Shown piece by piece: positions 43,591 to 48,708 of a DNA stretch of 48,708 nt. The stretch is taken from contig JANOSR010000301.1 in the NCBI GenBank assembly GCA_031415935.1, positions 1 to 48,708 on the forward strand, read 5' to 3'. Source of the stretch: Steroidobacteraceae bacterium. GTDB taxonomy: Bacteria > Pseudomonadota > Gammaproteobacteria > Steroidobacterales > Steroidobacteraceae. Position 1 is the stretch's first letter; each line of letters opens with the position of its first letter. Below the pieces are notes generated by a model. It worked only from the letters and a program-made list of their open reading frames with translations. It did no database searches and was not told the origin of the DNA. The position numbers and the translations under genes are program-made.

Positions 43591-45093
43591 CTAGTCGCTC
43601 TCCGGCTGTTGCCGAAGCTGCGGGAACAGCAGGACATCCCGGATGCTCGGCGAGTCGGTCAGCAACATCACGAGCCGGTCAATCCCGACGCCGAGTCCTG
43701 CAGCCGGCGGCATTCCGTATTCAAGCGCGTGGATGTAGTCGGCGTCGTAGAACATCGCTTCCTCATCGCCCGCCTCCTTGCGGGCGGCCTGCGCGCGGAA
43801 ACGCTCGGCCTGGTCCTCCGGGTCGTTCAACTCGGAAAAACCATTGGCGAGTTCGCGCCCATCCACGAAGAACTCGAAGCGATCAGTCACGAACGGATCG
43901 GCGTCACGCCTGCGCGCCAGCGGCGACACCTCGGCCGGATACGAGTGCACGAATGTCGGCTGCTCGAGCCGCTTTTCGCAGGTCCTCTCGAACAGATCGA
44001 TCTGCAGCTTGCCGGCGCCGTCTTCCTTGCCGGGCGTGATGTCGTGCCTCGCGCAGGCCTCGTGGAGGTAGGCAACGTCGCGCAGTCTGGCCCGATCGAA
44101 CGCCGGATTGCCCGCAAGGATTGCCTGCTCGACGGAAAGCCTGGCGAATGGCGCGCTGAAATTCAGCCGCCTGCCCTGATAGAGGATATCGCGTGATCCT
44201 GCTACCGCGTCGGCGAGACCCTGCATCATCCGCTCGACGAGGCCCATGAAATCCTCGCAATCCGCATAGGCCTGATACAACTCAAGCATCGTGAACTCGG
44301 GGTTGTGCTGCGTCGAAAGGCCTTCATTGCGGAAATTGCGATTGATCTCATACACGCGCTCGAATCCGCCCACGACCAGCCGCTTGAGGTAAAGCTCCGG
44401 CGCGATGCGCAGGTACATGTCCTGGCCCAATGCGTTGTGATGCGTCACGAATGGCCGCGCGACCGCGCCGCCTGGAATCGGCTGCATCATCGGTGTCTCG
44501 ACTTCGAGGTAGTCGAGCGCGTCGAGAAAATTGCGCAGGAATCGCACGATGTGCGTGCGCGTCCTGAATGTCCCGCGCGCCGTTTCGTTGACGATCAGGT
44601 CCACATAGCGCTGCCGATAGCGCGTTTCGGTGTCCGCGAGGCCATGCCACTTGTCCGGCAGGGGGCGCAGTGACTTGACCAGCAACCGGACGGATTCGAC
44701 GCGGACCGAAAGCTCTCCTGCACGGGTCCGCATCAACACACCCTGCGCGCCGACGATGTCGCCGACGTCCCAGCCCTTGAACTCCTCGTACCGAGCACCA
44801 ATCGCTTCGGCCTGGAGATAGAGCTGGATCTGTCCGCCCCCGTCCTGCAGCTTTGCGAACGAAGCCTTGCCCATGACGCGCTTGAACATCATCCGGCCAG
44901 CGACGTGCACGCGCACCGGGTTCGCGGCCAGCCACTCGTCGCTCCGGTCACCGTAGGTCGTATGCAGATCGTGCGACAGCGCATCGCGCCGGAAGTCATT
45001 CGGAAATGCGCCGCCTGACTCGCGCAGCCGCGCGAGTTTTGCGCGCCTCTCCGCGATCAGTGCATGCTCGTCCACTACCGGTTTCTCTTCCAT
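43591..45093 (-). CDS. lysS: Lysine-tRNA ligase (class II)
   Basis: 500 aa. OB anticodon-binding domain plus class II motifs. Downstream of prfB as in E. coli. Confidence 0.95.
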   Translation of the reverse strand: MEEKPVVDEHALIAERRAKLARLRESGGAFPNDFRRDALSHDLHTTYGDRSDEWLAANPVRVHVAGRMMFKRVMGKASFAKLQDGGGQIQLYLQAEAIGARYEEFKGWDVGDIVGAQGVLMRTRAGELSVRVESVRLLVKSLRPLPDKWHGLADTETRYRQRYVDLIVNETARGTFRTRTHIVRFLRNFLDALDYLEVETPMMQPIPGGAVARPFVTHHNALGQDMYLRIAPELYLKRLVVGGFERVYEINRNFRNEGLSTQHNPEFTMLELYQAYADCEDFMGLVERMMQGLADAVAGSRDILYQGRRLNFSAPFARLSVEQAILAGNPAFDRARLRDVAYLHEACARHDITPGKEDGAGKLQIDLFERTCEKRLEQPTFVHSYPAEVSPLARRRDADPFVTDRFEFFVDGRELANGFSELNDPEDQAERFRAQAARKEAGDEEAMFYDADYIHALEYGMPPAAGLGVGIDRLVMLLTDSPSIRDVLLFPQLRQQPESD

Positions 45094-45109
45094 CGCCGCT
45101 CCAAGGCCC

Positions 45110-46205
<1,096 letters not shown>

Positions 46206-46228
46206 GCGGGCCGAATCTTATCAGACGG

Positions 46229-47977
46229 TCATTCGCAGGTTTGCAGGTATTCCGCCAGCATTTCCGCCCGCGCGGTGCCGCCGTAGCTGGTCGACTGCAG
46301 GCGATAGGCAAGCCGGATTCGCGAGCCCGTCGGCGGCCGCTGCGTGCCGTCCACATCGAAATGGCCGAATGCAATTGCTTCCACGGGCTGTGACGCCGGC
46401 TGTGGACGCAGCCAGAGCTTGAGGTGGCGATCGGCGAGCACGCGGGATTCGACGACGACGAACTCGCCATCGAACAGCGGCTCCGGGAAGGACTGGCCCC
46501 AGGGTCCGCCCGCCTCGAGTGCAAGCGCCGTCTCGAGCGACAACTCTCCGGCCGCGAGTTCGCCATCGGTCTCAAGCACGCCCAGCATCTGGTCGCGCGT
46601 CAGGTGCCGGCCGACTTCTTCGCCAAAAGCCTCCGTGAATTTCTGCAGATTCTCTTCGCGCAAGGTCAGTCCCGCGGCCATCGCATGCCCGCCAAAGCGG
46701 TCGATCAGTCCCGGGTGTCGCGTGTCGATCGCCTCGAGCACGTCGCGAACGTGCACGCCCGCGACCGAGCGCGCCGAACCGCGCAGCTCGCCGCCCCCCG
46801 CCGGCGCAAATGCGACGACCGGGCGATGCACGCGATCCTTCATGCGGGTTGCCACCAGGCCCACGATGCCGGCATGCCAGCCCCGATCGTAGAGCGCGAC
46901 GCCAGCGGGCAGGCTGCCCTCCTGCAGGCGCAACCGCCGCACCGCGGTGGTGGCTTCATCCCGCATGCGCAATTCCATTTCGCGGCGCTCGCGATTCAGG
47001 CAATCGAGCTCCTGCGCGTGCGTGAGCGCCTCGGCCCAATCATCGGTCAGCAGGCAGCGGATACCGACGGCCATGTCGTCGATGCGACCTGCGGCGTTGA
47101 GCCGCGGTGCGATCTGGTGGCCCAGATGACGTGCCGACAGTTCTTCCAGGCGGCAGCCCGCAACCCGCGCCATCGCCATGAGTCCAGGCGCGGCCGATCT
47201 GGCGCGCAGTCGCTTCAGGCCTTCCTGCACCAGGATGCGGTTGTTGCGGTCGAGGGGCACGAGGTCGGCGACGGTGCCGAGCGCGACAAGATCCAGGAAA
47301 TCGGCAACGGCCGGCAGCTTGCACCCGCGCCGGACTTCCAGTTCCCGGGTCAGCGACGCCATCAGGTAGAAAGCGACACCCACTCCGGCCAGTGCCCGGC
47401 TTCCGAATCCCGCGCCCGCCAGATTCGGGTTCACCATTGCCGCGCAGGCCGGAAGCGTCGGCCCCGGCAGGTGGTGATCAGTGACGAGCACCTGCATGCC
47501 GAGGGCCTGGGCGGCTTCGATGCCGGCGAATGCCGCAACGCCGTTGTCCACCGTGATCAGCAGGTCGGCCCGCTCGCCGGCCAGGTCTGCAACCAGTACC
47601 GGGGTCAGTCCATACCCGTGCCGCATGCGATCCGGCACGCGGAAACCCACATTGGCATGGCCGAGACGTCGCATCTGGCGCAGCACGAGCGCGGTGCTCG
47701 TGGCCCCGTCCGCATCGAAGTCGCCCACCACGAGAATGCGCGAGCCGCGCTGCATGTGCTCCGCAAGCAATTCGGTGGCGGGCCCGATACCGTCCAGCGT
47801 TGACACGGGCAACAACTGCTTGAGCTCGAGTGTCAGCTCATCGGGATGGTTGACACCGCGCGCGGCATAGACGCGCCGCAGCACGGGATTGAGCGACTCC
47901 GGCAATGCATCGACGGCCCCCGGCGCCCGTCGTCTGATCACGGGTGGTGCGCCGCGCTCTCCGGCCTGGGGCTTCAT
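46229..47977 (-). CDS. recJ: Single-stranded-DNA-specific 5'-3' exonuclease RecJ
   Basis: DHH family motifs VVGDFDADGATS, VTDHHLPG and a DHHA1 domain. Upstream of prfB as in E. coli. Confidence 0.9.
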   Translation of the reverse strand: MKPQAGERGAPPVIRRRAPGAVDALPESLNPVLRRVYAARGVNHPDELTLELKQLLPVSTLDGIGPATELLAEHMQRGSRILVVGDFDADGATSTALVLRQMRRLGHANVGFRVPDRMRHGYGLTPVLVADLAGERADLLITVDNGVAAFAGIEAAQALGMQVLVTDHHLPGPTLPACAAMVNPNLAGAGFGSRALAGVGVAFYLMASLTRELEVRRGCKLPAVADFLDLVALGTVADLVPLDRNNRILVQEGLKRLRARSAAPGLMAMARVAGCRLEELSARHLGHQIAPRLNAAGRIDDMAVGIRCLLTDDWAEALTHAQELDCLNRERREMELRMRDEATTAVRRLRLQEGSLPAGVALYDRGWHAGIVGLVATRMKDRVHRPVVAFAPAGGGELRGSARSVAGVHVRDVLEAIDTRHPGLIDRFGGHAMAAGLTLREENLQKFTEAFGEEVGRHLTRDQMLGVLETDGELAAGELSLETALALEAGGPWGQSFPEPLFDGEFVVVESRVLADRHLKLWLRPQPASQPVEAIAFGHFDVDGTQRPPTGSRIRLAYRLQSTSYGGTARAEMLAEYLQTCE

Positions 47978-48037
47978 CGCCGGTCATGATAACGGCGCGC
48001 ATCGCAGGGATTGGCTATATTTCGACCGAGCCCACCG

Positions 48038-48406
48038 ATGCAGATCAGCCGCGAAGAAGGAATTGTCTCGAATGCGATCACCGCCTATGCAGCAGGCGAA
48101 ATCCGCATGCGCGATCGCGTGTTTCACGCGAGCCTGATCGCAACGCGCGATGCGGTGATCTCGGAATGGACGCCTGCCCCCGTCGAGCAGCTTGCGATTG
48201 ACGATTTCGGGCGGCTGCTCGAACTGTCTCCCGAAGTCGTGCTCCTCGGCACCGGGCCGAAGCAGCGAATGCCACCGCACGAACTCTTCGCCGCATTCGC
48301 CGCGCGCGGCATCGGACTGGAAGTCATGGACACCGGCGCCGCCTGCCGCACCTACAACCTGCTGCTCTCCGAGTTTCGCGAAGTCGCCGTCGCGCTGATC
48401 GTCTGA
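48038..48406 (+). CDS. Mth938-like domain protein (DUF498, NDUFAF3-like)
   Basis: 122 aa. EVVLLGTGPKQRMPP...GIGLEVMDTGAACRTYNLL pattern. The ATG at 48038 is preferred over the TTG at 48011. Confidence 0.75.
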   Translation: MQISREEGIVSNAITAYAAGEIRMRDRVFHASLIATRDAVISEWTPAPVEQLAIDDFGRLLELSPEVVLLGTGPKQRMPPHELFAAFAARGIGLEVMDTGAACRTYNLLLSEFREVAVALIV

Positions 48407-48557
48407 TTCGAATCGGTGGCAGCGACCATGCCGCGCCTGCGGCCGCGCGGGGAGCCGGTCTTCAGGACCGCCGTGAATACATCCCTGTAGGCTTCGGGCG
48501 CGACAACCCTGTCGCGCACGATCCTGAAGAGGCCCGCCCGAGTCGCCACGGCACCAA

Positions 48558-48708
48558 TCAGGTCTCACCGAGCGACAGGAGTGTCGCGTTGCCGCCGACC
48601 GCGGCCGTGTTGGTGGTGATGGTCTGCTCGGTCGCGAAGCGTGGCAGGTAGTGCGGGCCACCGGCTTTCGGTCCCGTACCCGACAGCCCACAGCCGCCGA
48701 ATGGCTGC
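48558..48708 (-). CDS. putA: C-terminal end of a PutA-type L-glutamate gamma-semialdehyde (P5C) dehydrogenase (partial, runs off the right edge)
   Basis: Minus strand translates QPFGGCGLSGTGPKAGGPHYLPRFATEQTITTNTAAVGGNATLLSLGET*, the conserved PutA/aldehyde dehydrogenase C-terminus. Confidence 0.6.
   Translation of the reverse strand, partial: QPFGGCGLSGTGPKAGGPHYLPRFATEQTITTNTAAVGGNATLLSLGET

Noticed and set aside
48498-48517. Hairpin GCGCGAC-AACCCT-GTCGCGC between the Mth938-like gene and the putA-like 3' end as a terminator
   Set aside because: There is no U/A tract on either side, so it may be a weak bidirectional terminator or fortuitous. Not confident enough to list as a feature.
47984-48691. 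235-aa minus-strand ORF spanning the Mth938-like gene and the following spacer
   Set aside because: It is antisense to a well-formed conserved-domain gene (48038-48406) and overlaps the putA-like 3' end out of frame. Its product is Arg/Gly/Ala-rich without motifs.

Overview
Visibly GC-rich (about two-thirds G+C by eye, not computed) proteobacterial core chromosome. Gene orders look like a non-enteric gammaproteobacterium (Xanthomonadales/Nevskiales-like), but that is a guess. About 50 tightly packed protein genes, mostly on the minus strand, many joined by ATGA/GTGA/TTGA stop-start overlaps, with frequent GTG/TTG starts. The window is a chain of blocks that are each syntenic with E. coli: (1) SOS mutasome operon lexA-imuA-imuB-(dnaE2, cut at the left edge). 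(2) Lpp/OprI-type lipoprotein convergent with an L,D-transpeptidase. (3) fabH-rpmF-yceD / maf / rluC / rne. (4) ptp-kdsB-ycaR-lpxK-msbA-exbD-exbB-comEC-lolD-lolE-lolC. (5) mfd. (6) nagZ-rlmD-exonuclease-acpS-pdxJ-recO-era-rnc-DUF4845-lepB-lepA. (7) grx-like-rseB-rseA-rpoE. (8) ygfX-sdhE-sdhBADC, divergent from ygfZ. (9) lysS-prfB (+1 frameshift)-recJ. (10) an Mth938-like gene and the 3' end of a putA-like gene. I saw no rRNA, tRNA, CRISPR array, IS element, transposase, integrase or phage gene. I do not see a self-contained, clearly novel system; this looks like ordinary housekeeping backbone. The leads most worth a second look are: a TonB-less ExbB-ExbD stator inserted into the comEC-msbA-lpxK-kdsB cluster; a 74-codon ORF with a G11 tract that exactly bridges imuB and dnaE2 with coupling geometry at both ends; a truncated aminotransferase relic translationally coupled between kdsB and ptp; a PolB-exo-like DEDDy nuclease coupled into the acpS-rlmD-nagZ chain; a CxxC glutaredoxin-like gene in the rseC position; and sdhCDAB joined to sdhE-ygfX. 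All functional calls rest on motif and family recognition by eye. No database search was run.
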